A program made the position numbers and the translations under genes. Shown here piece by piece: positions 8,194 to 16,965 of a DNA stretch of 44,217 bases. The notes under the pieces are model-generated. The model saw nothing but the letters and a program-made list of their open reading frames with translations, was not told the DNA's origin and ran no database searches. The stretch covers positions 1 through 44,217 of IMG/VR virus record IMGVR_UViG_3300032205_000001, one strand, 5' to 3'. The first letter of the stretch is position 1; every line of letters starts with the position of its first letter. The stretch is from a virus (lineage: Duplodnaviria > Heunggongvirae > Uroviricota > Caudoviricetes).

Positions 8194-8489
8194 CAGCCTA
8201 TCGGATCTGGCCTATGATAGTCCATCGAACGCTGCTGCGCCTCGTGGAGCTTATTCTCCTCCTCGGCGAGGTTCTCGCTGAACTCGGCGGCGATTTCAAT
8301 GTGGCGCATGGCAGTGGCCATACAGCTTTCGAGCTTCTCGTCGTCGGTGAACTCCGGCCCGTTGCTGGTGACGGGTCCGTGGAAGATCTGGCGCTGCTTG
8401 TAGTGGCCGCTCTGAGCAGAGGCAAGCCACCACTGTGCTCGCAGCATCGAGAGCTGAATTTGACGCCGACAGTATTCGAGGTTCTTCAC
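8193..8489 (-). CDS. hypothetical protein (98 aa)
   Basis: Promoter motif 7 nt before GTG. Confidence 0.75.
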   Translation of the reverse strand: MKNLEYCRRQIQLSMLRAQWWLASAQSGHYKQRQIFHGPVTSNGPEFTDDEKLESCMATAMRHIEIAAEFSENLAEEENKLHEAQQRSMDYHRPDPIG

Positions 8490-8524
8490 AGGTCTATCTA
8501 CAGGCCGGGTTGACGAGGTTTACG
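8490..8524 (-). promoter_or_regulatory. ECF-like promoter
   Basis: CGTAAA-N16-TGTAGA-N7-GTG. Confidence 0.6.
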
Positions 8525-8817
8525 CCCTTCTTGCCGCGTTCCTTCTTGGAAACCTTCTGGAGGTGCTGGAAGCGCGGCTTCGGGTTCTCGATGAAGTTGC
8601 GAAGGTCCCGAACGACTCGGTCACGCTCGACGATCAGAGCCTGGATGGTGGCCATGTCGTTGAGCTGGTCCCGCTGCCAAATGCCCTGAGGGTTCATCTG
8701 GTTCGGGTTGTTCTTGATGTGCTCGACGATGTTCTCCCAGGCACGCTTGGCCTCATTCAGGTGGTATTCCTGAAGCGACAGGAAGTCTTCGAGCAACCTC
8801 TTGGACTCGGCGCGCAT
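8494..8817 (-). CDS. hypothetical helical protein (107 aa)
   Basis: TAATG coupling. Confidence 0.8.
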   Translation of the reverse strand: MRAESKRLLEDFLSLQEYHLNEAKRAWENIVEHIKNNPNQMNPQGIWQRDQLNDMATIQALIVERDRVVRDLRNFIENPKPRFQHLQKVSKKERGKKGVNLVNPACR

Positions 8818-9185
8818 TACTCTTCCACGCGCTCGTAGACCAGATCGTCATCCGCCTCGATGGTGAGCCGGGTGCTGTACTTGTGCTCTGGCTGGTCGAT
8901 CGTGTACTTCCACGGCGGGATACTGCGCTCCTCTTCGACCATGGACACGGAGAAGCTCCAGGTGCCGTCGTAGAAGGCGTAGACGAAGCACACACGCGAA
9001 CCGCCGATGTTCGACACTTTGATCTTGGTTGGCTTCTCGTCGGAGCCGTAGGAGCCAAGCTCGTCATCATCGTCGCGTACGGAGTCGCCACGAGCATCGC
9101 AATATTCGACCGTTTTCACACGGTGAACGCTGATGATGTCGTCGGAGTGTCCGGTGAATTCCAGCCTGCAGCTTGATCCGCTCAT
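8817..9185 (-). CDS. hypothetical protein (122 aa)
   Basis: Start MSGSS gives ATGA overlap. Confidence 0.8.
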   Translation of the reverse strand: MSGSSCRLEFTGHSDDIISVHRVKTVEYCDARGDSVRDDDDELGSYGSDEKPTKIKVSNIGGSRVCFVYAFYDGTWSFSVSMVEEERSIPPWKYTIDQPEHKYSTRLTIEADDDLVYERVEE

Positions 9186-9469
9186 GTTTCGCACCATTCT
9201 GGACGCCCGCAAAACGGGCAAACGGGTTCTCTGAATCCTGCCTTTCGCCACCAGGCAGGGAAGTTCCTTCCCTGTTCTCTCCAAGTTCCCCGCCATTGTC
9301 CACACGGGCAGCGGGTCGGCGTGTTGTGTCCGCAGAGGCAGTTCGCAGGAAGGCAGGAATGCGCGATTTTGTACAGAAGGTCGTCTGGAATCTCAGAACG
9401 CTTGCAGATGCGTTCCGCCATACCGGGGAACAGCTGCTTATACTGCTCAGCGACCTCTTCCCAGGTCAC
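9182..9469 (-). CDS. hypothetical Cys-rich protein (95 aa)
   Basis: Coupled ORF. Confidence 0.7.
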   Translation of the reverse strand: MTWEEVAEQYKQLFPGMAERICKRSEIPDDLLYKIAHSCLPANCLCGHNTPTRCPCGQWRGTWREQGRNFPAWWRKAGFREPVCPFCGRPEWCET

Positions 9470-9798
9470 TTTGTAACTCGACGGATGCCATCCATCACGA
9501 ACCGAACCTCATCCCAATCCAGGTCCGTCGGGTTACTGAACCAGTTCTCGGCAACGGCTTTCAGATCGGCCAGGGAGTCGATGGGCTTCCACTGGGCACC
9601 TGGCGCGCGGGGAGATGGAGGCTTTGGGCGTTCGGACATGTCTGGCATTGTTTTTTCTTCGCGTGGCTGCGGAAACTTGAACCACTTTGAACAAGAAGGA
9701 CACAGCGCTTCTGGTCCGTTGTAACCAGTGTCCGGGTTGAGGCCTGACACCACAGAGCAGTCGTTTTCTTTATGGCAACGTGGACATGTCGCTCTCAT
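9466..9798 (-). CDS. hypothetical Zn-ribbon protein (110 aa)
   Basis: CPRC...CPSC. Confidence 0.75.
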   Translation of the reverse strand: MRATCPRCHKENDCSVVSGLNPDTGYNGPEALCPSCSKWFKFPQPREEKTMPDMSERPKPPSPRAPGAQWKPIDSLADLKAVAENWFSNPTDLDWDEVRFVMDGIRRVTK

Positions 9799-9810
9799 CC
9801 AGTCGCCATA

Positions 9811-10263
9811 TCACAAGATCCCAATGAACTCCTCGGCGTGCTTCTTGTTCTTGAACAGGAAGAACGGACTTTCCGCGAGAGCCCACCAGGCATCGTACAG
9901 GTTGAAGTTTTTGCCCTTCACGGGATGGTAGCTCTCGTAGATGTATGTGATCTCTTTGAACTTGAACTTGCGCTCGCTCCAGGTCTCCTTGAGCTGGTCC
10001 TCAAAGACCTGAGTGGCGATGCCGATCATGTCGGGTGCGCCGTAGAAGTACGCGGTGTCCTTGCCGACGGTGATCGACCGGACCTTCCACTCGTCGCTCT
10101 TGTTCGCGCGCATCGCCTTGAGCGCCTTGGGAATGGTCCCGAACTCGAACTCGGAGCTACCCATGTAGTCCAGCTCGAAGATTCGATCGAAGCCCTTTTG
10201 GTGCTCTGCGACCTGGGACCGGCGGCGAACGCGCTGAATCAGGTAGGGGATTCCGTCGGCCAT
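9811..10263 (-). CDS. hypothetical protein (150 aa)
   Basis: DYMGSSEFEFG motif; promoter 6 nt before ATG. Confidence 0.85.
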   Translation of the reverse strand: MADGIPYLIQRVRRRSQVAEHQKGFDRIFELDYMGSSEFEFGTIPKALKAMRANKSDEWKVRSITVGKDTAYFYGAPDMIGIATQVFEDQLKETWSERKFKFKEITYIYESYHPVKGKNFNLYDAWWALAESPFFLFKNKKHAEEFIGIL

Positions 10264-10297
10264 GCTGTACCTACAGTTGAGGCCGACAGTTCTTTCA
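10264..10297 (-). promoter_or_regulatory. ECF-like promoter
   Basis: TGAAAG-N16-TGTAGG-N6-ATG. Confidence 0.75.
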
Positions 10298-10795
10298 GAA
10301 AAACAGTCGATAGGCTACGGGCAGGGCGCTGATCAGAACGGCAGCCACTGATAAGACACGGAGCATGCTGATGTTCTTGATTTCAGCCAGTTCGGCGCAC
10401 GTCCAAGCGTCGTTTCTTCGCTCTGGCCCGTAGAAGATGCCGACCGTGTTGAATGAGAAGTCCATGAGCGCCGCAATCTGCCAGGCCTGCAGAATGGTGT
10501 TCGCCCAGGCGTTGGCCGGCTGCACGGCGACTGTGACCGCAATGATCAACAGGTCGACGATCCGTGGCGCTGCCGAGATGACCAGACGAAGCTTCTGAGG
10601 CAGAAGCGTTTGGCACTGCCACGTCGAGAAGGCCATGTACCAGCGTCCATTCTCGAACTTTGGCCACGGGTAGATCTTTACCTTGCATCCCTTAAACAAC
10701 GGGATGAGGGCGTGGCTGCTTTCGTGGACGACGTTTTGTAGAAACCAGACGACTGGGATAATCGCAAGCCCGAACCAGAGGATGATGTTGTGCAT
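10295..10795 (-). CDS. membrane protein with HExxH, M50-like putative metallopeptidase
   Basis: TM then VVHESSH; later ISAAP and NDA motifs; several hydrophobic segments. Confidence 0.65.
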   Translation of the reverse strand: MHNIILWFGLAIIPVVWFLQNVVHESSHALIPLFKGCKVKIYPWPKFENGRWYMAFSTWQCQTLLPQKLRLVISAAPRIVDLLIIAVTVAVQPANAWANTILQAWQIAALMDFSFNTVGIFYGPERRNDAWTCAELAEIKNISMLRVLSVAAVLISALPVAYRLFF

Positions 10796-10812
10796 CCCCG
10801 GAGGGTATCAGA

Positions 10813-11430
10813 TCAGTCCCAATAGGCGGTGCAGCTGTTGTAGTCCGGGTATCCGTTATCGACGAGCCACTGAGCGCACTTGGCGCGCAGTTCCTTCTCG
10901 ACTTCCTCACTGGCCGAATAATCCCGGCGCCCATCCTTCTTGGGCATCGGGGCCTCGACGCTGAACACAGCCTTCTTGGCGTCCCGAACCTGCATTTCGA
11001 TGAGGTCGTCGGTGTCCTTGCGCTCGTAGTTGCGCTCGATCGTGAACCGACGAACCGGGTGGATGTTCGCATCGCGGTCGTAGAATGCCGCCTTGTAGAA
11101 GAAGCTGGCGCGGACACGGCCCTTGTTGTCGACCACGTTGTTCCACATCGAATGGTCGGTGGCGACTTTCTTCCAGCCCTTGGGCAGCTCGACGAACGTG
11201 AACAGGCTGTCCTTGGTCGGAAGGTCATCGCGGATCTTGATGCCCATCGCTTCCCAGACGGGACGATCAGCGCCCAGAAGGCCACGGGTAGGCAGCTGGT
11301 CCGAGTTGACGGCGTCTTGCTGACCACGTGCTTCCTGCGCCTGGATCATTGGTCCGGCGCCACCACGCGCCATGGCGTCGAGAAGAACGAAGGCAGGGTC
11401 AGTCTTGCTGGTATCTGGAACTTTCTTCAC
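10813..11430 (-). CDS. hypothetical protein (205 aa)
   Basis: Long ORF; GTGA overlap. Confidence 0.85.
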   Translation of the reverse strand: MKKVPDTSKTDPAFVLLDAMARGGAGPMIQAQEARGQQDAVNSDQLPTRGLLGADRPVWEAMGIKIRDDLPTKDSLFTFVELPKGWKKVATDHSMWNNVVDNKGRVRASFFYKAAFYDRDANIHPVRRFTIERNYERKDTDDLIEMQVRDAKKAVFSVEAPMPKKDGRRDYSASEEVEKELRAKCAQWLVDNGYPDYNSCTAYWD

Positions 11431-11588
11431 ACAATCCTCTTTTTGATGGCGTATTCGAATTCGAGCTTCATCGCCAGCTCCGTGACGATGACATCCAGCT
11501 CGTCTGGGTTGTTCAAGTCGAAGTCAGTGCGGTTCTTCAACACCCCACGGATTGTGTCGTAGAAACCAGCCCGGTCTTTGAGCTTCAC
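11427..11588 (-). CDS. small hypothetical protein (53 aa, not in ORF track)
   Basis: MKLKDRAGFYDTIRGVLKNRTDFDLNNPDELDVIVTELAMKLEFEYAIKKRIV; promoter 6 nt before GTG. Confidence 0.75.
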   Translation of the reverse strand: MKLKDRAGFYDTIRGVLKNRTDFDLNNPDELDVIVTELAMKLEFEYAIKKRIV

Positions 11589-11622
11589 GTTCTATCTACA
11601 GTGCGGCTAGTCGCCTGTTTCA
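11589..11622 (-). promoter_or_regulatory. ECF-like promoter
   Basis: TGAAAC-N16-TGTAGA-N6-GTG. Confidence 0.75.
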
Positions 11623-11819
11623 GGCTTTACGACTTCGCAGTATTCATCTAGGAATTCCTGGTCATACGAGCTAACTGGCGTGTTGTTGTCCCAACGGACG
11701 CAAATGTCGCCTGGTAGCTTGAAGTTGGGAACGACGGTGCCGTAGACGAGCTTGTCGCCATAGTCCTTGCTGCGCTTGAACAGCAGGCGAGCGCCGACTG
11801 GGTACTTCTCATCGGTCAC
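11607..11819 (-). CDS. hypothetical SH3-like small protein (70 aa)
   Basis: YPVG...GTVV...VRWDN pattern. Confidence 0.7.
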   Translation of the reverse strand: MTDEKYPVGARLLFKRSKDYGDKLVYGTVVPNFKLPGDICVRWDNNTPVSSYDQEFLDEYCEVVKPETGD

Positions 11820-12009
11820 GCTGCACCAGCTTGAACTCAGTCTCGGAGAGACACGGGTTGACCTCGTTCAAGATCTGCTGAACCGTGAAGCACATGCCAC
11901 GATGGCCGCCACGGGCGTCCTTGATGGCCTTCGCAAGGTCGAATGCAGCTCCGAATACGGCGTCGATCAGTCTGCCTTCAGCGGCGGCGTCGTGTGGTCC
12001 AGAACTCAT
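11809..12009 (-). CDS. hypothetical protein (66 aa)
   Basis: Coupled ORF. Confidence 0.65.
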   Translation of the reverse strand: MSSGPHDAAAEGRLIDAVFGAAFDLAKAIKDARGGHRGMCFTVQQILNEVNPCLSETEFKLVQRDR

Positions 12010-12200
12010 TTCTTTTTGTTCCTTTTGTCCTTCTTGCAGGCTTCAACGGCTTGGTCGTGTGTTCCGAACTCGCCGATAAAGCGTCCGCGCACCGTTCTGG
12101 CGCTGTACCAGCGGTCTGGCGAATCGTAGCCACGTATCTCGTGGTACGAGATCTTGTAGCCCTTTGGGGCGCTACAATCGGTCGTTTCTTCCCAGGTCAT
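12006..12200 (-). CDS. hypothetical protein (64 aa)
   Basis: Start MTWEE immediately after apt stop. Confidence 0.7.
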   Translation of the reverse strand: MTWEETTDCSAPKGYKISYHEIRGYDSPDRWYSARTVRGRFIGEFGTHDQAVEACKKDKRNKKK

Positions 12201-12201
12201 C

Positions 12202-12732
12202 CTAGTACTTGATGAGGCTGGCAACCTTGTAGTCGCTCAGCGGCTTGCGCCCGTTGAGAGCCTGAATCTCGACTACAAAGACGACGCCCGCCACCTTGCC
12301 GCCGAGACGCTCCACGAGCCGGCAAGCAGCTGCAGCGGTACCACCAGTGGCAAGCACATCGTCCACGACCACGTAATTGGCACCAGGACGAACGATATCA
12401 GCGCCGACCTCAATGGTCGCCGTGCCGTATTCCAGGGCATAGGACTCGCTCTCTATCTTGCCAGGGGTTTTGCCCGCTTTGCGCAGCATCACCTTGCCGG
12501 ACTTGGCAGCCTGAGCCAGGGCAGCGCTGAAGATGAAACCGCGCGATTCGATGCCGACGAAGGCGTGTGGATTGCCAGACCACTGCAGCATCAGCTCGAT
12601 GGTGCGATTGAAGAATGCGCCGTCCTCTAGAAGCGGCTGGATGTTGCGGAACAGGACGCCCTTGACCGGGAAATCCTGGTGGTCCGTGATGAGCGCGCGG
12701 ATATTGTGGTCGTCTTCTGGATGGAGCTTCAT
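12202..12732 (-). CDS. apt: adenine phosphoribosyltransferase
   Basis: DFPVKGVLFRNIQPLL, GIESRGFIF, LRKAGK, YALEYG, PRPP motif VVVDDVLATGGTAAAA. Confidence 0.93.
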   Translation of the reverse strand: MKLHPEDDHNIRALITDHQDFPVKGVLFRNIQPLLEDGAFFNRTIELMLQWSGNPHAFVGIESRGFIFSAALAQAAKSGKVMLRKAGKTPGKIESESYALEYGTATIEVGADIVRPGANYVVVDDVLATGGTAAAACRLVERLGGKVAGVVFVVEIQALNGRKPLSDYKVASLIKY

Positions 12733-12738
12733 GTTGTC

Positions 12739-13257
12739 CTACTTGACGGGGACTGGGCCGCCGACGATTTCGAAGTACTTGAGGTCGCCGATCGCCTTCT
12801 GCACCTTGGCCAGGTCGCCTTCGAGCTTGCGCTTGGCGTCGGTCATTTGCATTTGCACCTTGGCGGATTCTCCAAGCTGCTTCGTGCGCGTGTCGGCTTC
12901 CTCTTTGTACGTATCGCGCTCTTTGCGAACCTTGTCGAACTCGGCCAGGTTCTCTTTGTGCTTCTCGTTGGTGTTCTTGATGATGTTCTCCAGCTGGATT
13001 TCGCGAGATTCGATATCGCCATCCTTCCAGAGCAGGAACATCGGCTCGCGAACGATCACGGGAGATTCCACCGGAACTGTCATGCCGGACTGGTAGCTGC
13101 TGTACCCGCTGTTGTTGGGGTTGTTGTTCACCACCTGAGCCGGGGCCGAGTGATGGTGGTTCGTGGCCTTGTCCTGGCTGAGGATTTCCTTCAGCTCCCA
13201 GCCTGACCGTGTGAGGTTTTCTAGCTCGTGAGGTGAGCAGCACTTATAGATCTTCAC
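12739..13257 (-). CDS. coiled-coil hypothetical protein (172 aa)
   Basis: Heptad-like C-terminal half. Confidence 0.8.
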   Translation of the reverse strand: MKIYKCCSPHELENLTRSGWELKEILSQDKATNHHHSAPAQVVNNNPNNSGYSSYQSGMTVPVESPVIVREPMFLLWKDGDIESREIQLENIIKNTNEKHKENLAEFDKVRKERDTYKEEADTRTKQLGESAKVQMQMTDAKRKLEGDLAKVQKAIGDLKYFEIVGGPVPVK

Positions 13258-13802
13258 TTGGGCCTCATGTGCGGATTGATGGCGCGGAGCTTGTCCAGAA
13301 ACTCGTTGTCGGCGAACTTCGGATCACGTGCGGAGATGTACACGCCGGTTTGGGTGTCTAGGTAGCCCCACTCGTTGTTTGGCGCTGCCTTTCCGCAGGT
13401 CAAACGAGTGACGGTCTTGGGCTGCACGTCATGAACGACGTGGAAGACGTTCGCGGGCATGTCGTTGATGTCGCCAGCCCGATAGGTCTTCGTTTCGGTT
13501 TTGACCACCCTGCCAGCGTGCGGGAAATGGGTCTCTTCCGCAGTTTCCTCGACCCAGTAGCGAGTCTCGCTGTAGCCGCCGCTGAGGATTTCCGACTTGA
13601 ACGGCCACGGGTGGTTGTGGGGCTCCGGGCGCGGGTCGTCGGAGTGCCACCACAAGATCTTGACGGTCTTGTCTGGCGTGCGCTCGATGGCCAGCTCGGT
13701 CTTGTAGGCGCCGCCCTTCCCGTCAGGGATGTGGATCGGCGGGCTTTCGAGCTGTGCGGATTGGAGCGGCTGTCCGCCAGTGGTTGTAGCTACCTTTTCC
13801 AT
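13254..13802 (-). CDS. cupin-fold protein
   Basis: WWH...PHNHPWPFKSEILSGGYSE ... FHVV. Confidence 0.7.
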   Translation of the reverse strand: MEKVATTTGGQPLQSAQLESPPIHIPDGKGGAYKTELAIERTPDKTVKILWWHSDDPRPEPHNHPWPFKSEILSGGYSETRYWVEETAEETHFPHAGRVVKTETKTYRAGDINDMPANVFHVVHDVQPKTVTRLTCGKAAPNNEWGYLDTQTGVYISARDPKFADNEFLDKLRAINPHMRPK

Positions 13803-14389
13803 GGTCCGACTCCTCTGATGTCGCGCAGGATGAGAAACAGGAACGTCCAGACCTTGTATTCAGATCCAATGCACAGCGAGAACTTGCGCTTGTCCTGGCT
13901 GTACGGTCCGAACTGAAGCTCCTCGGGGAATCCTTGGAAGAAGCAGTAGCCCCAGGAGCGGCCTGCCTTCCAGGGCTCGCTCTCGAAGCGCTTCTTGTCG
14001 CTGTCCGAGAAATCCAGCTCGAAGCCACTGAGATCTGTCTCGATGGGCTTCTCGGAGACCACGGAGACGTTCCAGTCATGGTAGTTGTCGCGGAGGACGA
14101 TCTGGATGCCAAGATCTGGCCGCTCCAACGAATACACCGGAAGATTCACGCTCTTTGAGCTGTGCTCGCCGACAACAAAACAGCTCACCCTACAGTCGGT
14201 GCGCTCGGATTCGTTTTCCCGCTTGTCGTACGGGATGTCCGCCCAGAGCATGCCGCAAAGGTCGTCGCGCACGAAGTGAAGCTGATGCAGCGATGGCTCC
14301 CCACGACTATTGACGGGGACGAAGCGGCGGTTGGTGTTGTCAGGATCTTTAAGCCACTTATCATACCAACCCTGCAGATGGATTTTCAT
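13790..14389 (-). CDS. hypothetical protein (199 aa)
   Basis: Long ORF with ATGA coupling. Confidence 0.85.
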   Translation of the reverse strand: MKIHLQGWYDKWLKDPDNTNRRFVPVNSRGEPSLHQLHFVRDDLCGMLWADIPYDKRENESERTDCRVSCFVVGEHSSKSVNLPVYSLERPDLGIQIVLRDNYHDWNVSVVSEKPIETDLSGFELDFSDSDKKRFESEPWKAGRSWGYCFFQGFPEELQFGPYSQDKRKFSLCIGSEYKVWTFLFLILRDIRGVGPWKR

Positions 14390-14859
14390 CGAAATTCCTC
14401 CCTCGGCTTAGACGGTTTCCGGTCCGCCCACTCTTGGTCGTCCCAGTCGGGTAGATTGATTTCTAGCGATGGGTCTCTCTCCCATTCGGAATCGTATCGG
14501 CGCCAGTACTCGATCACTCGCCAGTCGATGCAGTTCATCGTGGAACCTGCATGATCGGTCTCAACGTGGCTGGGCGGATCTCCGTAGTGCAGGTGACCTT
14601 CACGAATCGAGTGCGCAAGGGTCATGGGCTCGTTGCCCATCAGCTGAGCCCGCACCATGTCCATCGAATCGAGCGTGAAAGAAACCAACCAGGTCTGGTC
14701 GCATCCCTGGCAGCCGATTTCCACCAGTGCAACCTCATTTGCGTAGATGCTCGGGGCATTTTTAGGATGGAACTTGCCGTAGCGAGGGACGCCGTTGTCG
14801 TCGTACCAGGTCGGCTCCTCCGCAATCCGGCTGCGGATATCTGAATACTCTGGCGTCAT
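14386..14859 (-). CDS. hypothetical protein (157 aa)
   Basis: Start MTPEY gives ATGA overlap with 14856. Confidence 0.8.
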   Translation of the reverse strand: MTPEYSDIRSRIAEEPTWYDDNGVPRYGKFHPKNAPSIYANEVALVEIGCQGCDQTWLVSFTLDSMDMVRAQLMGNEPMTLAHSIREGHLHYGDPPSHVETDHAGSTMNCIDWRVIEYWRRYDSEWERDPSLEINLPDWDDQEWADRKPSKPREEFR

Positions 14860-14987
14860 CTTCTCTGCTTTGGGCGCTCGCACGGACAGACCGGACCGAT
14901 GAAGCTACGCCGGCAGTACCGACACGGCTTCCAACTCGTGGCCCAGGCCATGAACTCTTCGTCGGAGATGATTTTCTTGTAGGCCAT
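14856..14987 (-). CDS. small Cys-rich protein (43 aa, not in ORF track)
   Basis: MAYKKIISDEEFMAWATSWKPCRYCRRSFIGPVCPCERPKQRR; coupled at both ends. Confidence 0.65.
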   Translation of the reverse strand: MAYKKIISDEEFMAWATSWKPCRYCRRSFIGPVCPCERPKQRR

Positions 14988-15178
14988 TACTCAGTGACCC
15001 TCCGTTGACAGTGCCTACACACAAGGCCGTTAATTGTACAGCTCAGGCATGTGAAGGCACCGCAGTACTCGCATTTGTGCGGCTCCCTGCCGCAAGCGGT
15101 GCATTCGTAGTGAGCCGGTATAGGATAACGGCGTTCCCCGTCCGGCTTCACCTTGCGCTTGAACCGCTGACGCTGCAT
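14987..15178 (-). CDS. small Cys-rich protein (63 aa)
   Basis: Four CxxC pairs; coupled. Confidence 0.7.
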   Translation of the reverse strand: MQRQRFKRKVKPDGERRYPIPAHYECTACGREPHKCEYCGAFTCLSCTINGLVCRHCQRRVTE

Positions 15179-15459
15179 CAGTACGAGTTGTAGAAGCGGA
15201 TGACTGTGACGTCGGGCGGAAGCTTCTTAATGTCGACCTCGAAGCCATCCCGCATATCGTCGCTGTACTTCTTGGTGCAGGGATGCTTCTCAATGGCGAC
15301 TTCGACACCACGGTCATCAGGCGGCCCGTTGCTGAAGAAATCCTCGACATCCTCGGGCGGATTGATGCCAGCAGCATGACAGGCGTCGTAGACGGCCTTC
15401 ATCTTCTTCCACTTGTCGTCGGGCGGCTTGAAGCCGAGGACGTGCGTACTCATGCTCAT
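15178..15459 (-). CDS. hypothetical protein (93 aa)
   Basis: SD-like GGAG upstream. Confidence 0.8.
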   Translation of the reverse strand: MSMSTHVLGFKPPDDKWKKMKAVYDACHAAGINPPEDVEDFFSNGPPDDRGVEVAIEKHPCTKKYSDDMRDGFEVDIKKLPPDVTVIRFYNSY

Positions 15460-15468
15460 GATGTTCTC

Positions 15469-15813
15469 CTAGTGCCAGTGCAGGATGATCTTGGTATCTG
15501 GCGGCAGCGACCTGAGATAGGCAGCTGCGCCAGCTTGAGGCTTGAAACGTTCAAGAACGGCAGCGAGGCGCTCGGCAGTGACCCAGGTGTAGTCGCCGCC
15601 GTACGGATCCTTCTTTAGCTGCTTGCCGTCAGGCGTGAGGTTGGCAGCGAGAACATCCGAGCCCTCCGGGATTTTCTCTGGCTTCAGCTCGTCGATAGCT
15701 TCCCAGCACAGGCTTTGGCGCCCGAGTGCGAGCTGCGTCTTGCACATGGCGTCCCACTTGCCATCTCGAACGTGGAAGTGGGAAACCGGCAGAAGCGTCA
15801 GATCGACGCCCAT
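15469..15813 (-). CDS. hypothetical protein (114 aa)
   Basis: Start MGVDL gives TAATG overlap. Confidence 0.8.
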   Translation of the reverse strand: MGVDLTLLPVSHFHVRDGKWDAMCKTQLALGRQSLCWEAIDELKPEKIPEGSDVLAANLTPDGKQLKKDPYGGDYTWVTAERLAAVLERFKPQAGAAAYLRSLPPDTKIILHWH

Positions 15814-16151
15814 TAGCGCCTCCGATCCTGGAGCTGCGCGAGCGCCTTGGTTGCGACGGTCTTTGCCTTGTTGATGGCCGTCTGGATGTCGTCGTCCTTG
15901 GTCGCCGTGGAATCGGCGTGGTACTCGACCATCACGTAGCCGTGCATGACCTGGTTGTCGACCTGAGCGCGCCAGCCGATCATGACGGGCATGTGGGGCT
16001 CCTGGTAGCCGCCGCACCAGCGGTCCACGCGGGCCAGCTCGGTGTTCATGCCGTCGAGCTTGACGTAGTTGGACGGGTGGCTGTTGTCCGTCTGCCAGTC
16101 CGTGACCATCCCCTTGAGCCGTGCCTGAATGCTCGCAATCGTTTCCGCCAT
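15813..16151 (-). CDS. hypothetical protein (112 aa)
   Basis: Promoter 6 nt before ATG. Confidence 0.85.
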   Translation of the reverse strand: MAETIASIQARLKGMVTDWQTDNSHPSNYVKLDGMNTELARVDRWCGGYQEPHMPVMIGWRAQVDNQVMHGYVMVEYHADSTATKDDDIQTAINKAKTVATKALAQLQDRRR

Positions 16152-16185
16152 GCCCTAACTACAACCCAGCTCTATCCCTTTTTCA
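16152..16185 (-). promoter_or_regulatory. ECF-like promoter
   Basis: TGAAAA-N16-TGTAGT-N6-ATG. Confidence 0.8.
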
Positions 16186-16965
16186 CAGCGTCCTGGTGTC
16201 AATGAACCAAGTGATGAGAAACGACAGCGTTTTCTCGTAGTCGGTCCTGACGGGATTCCACTTGCGATGGGTGTGCGGGTGGCAGTGGATGCGGCCAATG
16301 ATCATTGGGTCGCCGCGACGAGCCTTACGACGACCTGGAACGCAACCCATATCGTCGAAGATCAGGCTGTCCATCGCCTGCTTGGTCGCCATCATGATCT
16401 CAGGCTTGACCATCTTGAACGGGAACTCGACGATGTCGTGCTTCGTGGTCCACGCCTGCTGCAGGTAGTGCTGCTGGCCCTGCTTGTCGACAGCGCCAGT
16501 GATCTTCCTCTGCTCGTAGTCGGCCGTGGCATTGACGAACTGCCCCTCGCCCTGAGGCGGACATTCGCTGGCCTGGTCGCTGGGGATCACAGTGCCGTGA
16601 ATGGCGTCCTGAGAAACCCAGTTACGGTCAGGACGGCCCTTATCTGTGCGGATGGCGAAGATGTCGATGTCGTCGAAGTTTGGGATGATCGTGTACCCCA
16701 ATTCTAGAGCGCACTTGAGCTTCTCGTAGAACTGGTACTGCTCGACGCAGCGGTTGACGATCTTGGAGAACGCAGAAGACTTCCACTTGTTCTTCTTGGC
16801 GGTCTCCAGGTTGTCCCAAGCCTCTTTGCGCTCGGCAGAGATGACTTCGAGCTTCTTGTCGACCCAGCTGACGAGCTGAGCCTGAGCGACCTGCATCTGC
16901 TGCGGATTGCTCGCAACAGCAATCAGGTGCTTTTCGGGTTCGCCAGGTTGTGCGTCATCGGTCAT
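16183..16965 (-). CDS. hypothetical protein (260 aa)
   Basis: Long ORF. Confidence 0.85.
   Translation of the reverse strand: MTDDAQPGEPEKHLIAVASNPQQMQVAQAQLVSWVDKKLEVISAERKEAWDNLETAKKNKWKSSAFSKIVNRCVEQYQFYEKLKCALELGYTIIPNFDDIDIFAIRTDKGRPDRNWVSQDAIHGTVIPSDQASECPPQGEGQFVNATADYEQRKITGAVDKQGQQHYLQQAWTTKHDIVEFPFKMVKPEIMMATKQAMDSLIFDDMGCVPGRRKARRGDPMIIGRIHCHPHTHRKWNPVRTDYEKTLSFLITWFIDTRTL

Noticed and set aside
9799-9813. TGA of 9811..10263 is in frame with the next gene (YGDW then ATG 9798), with a loose hairpin downstream
   Set aside because: In-frame adjacency is expected by chance one time in three; no redox context; hairpin irregular; next gene has its own ATG.
12410-13243. 277-aa alternative minus-frame ORF over apt and its neighbour
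   Set aside because: Low-complexity Arg/Gln/Pro frame overlapping two better-supported genes.
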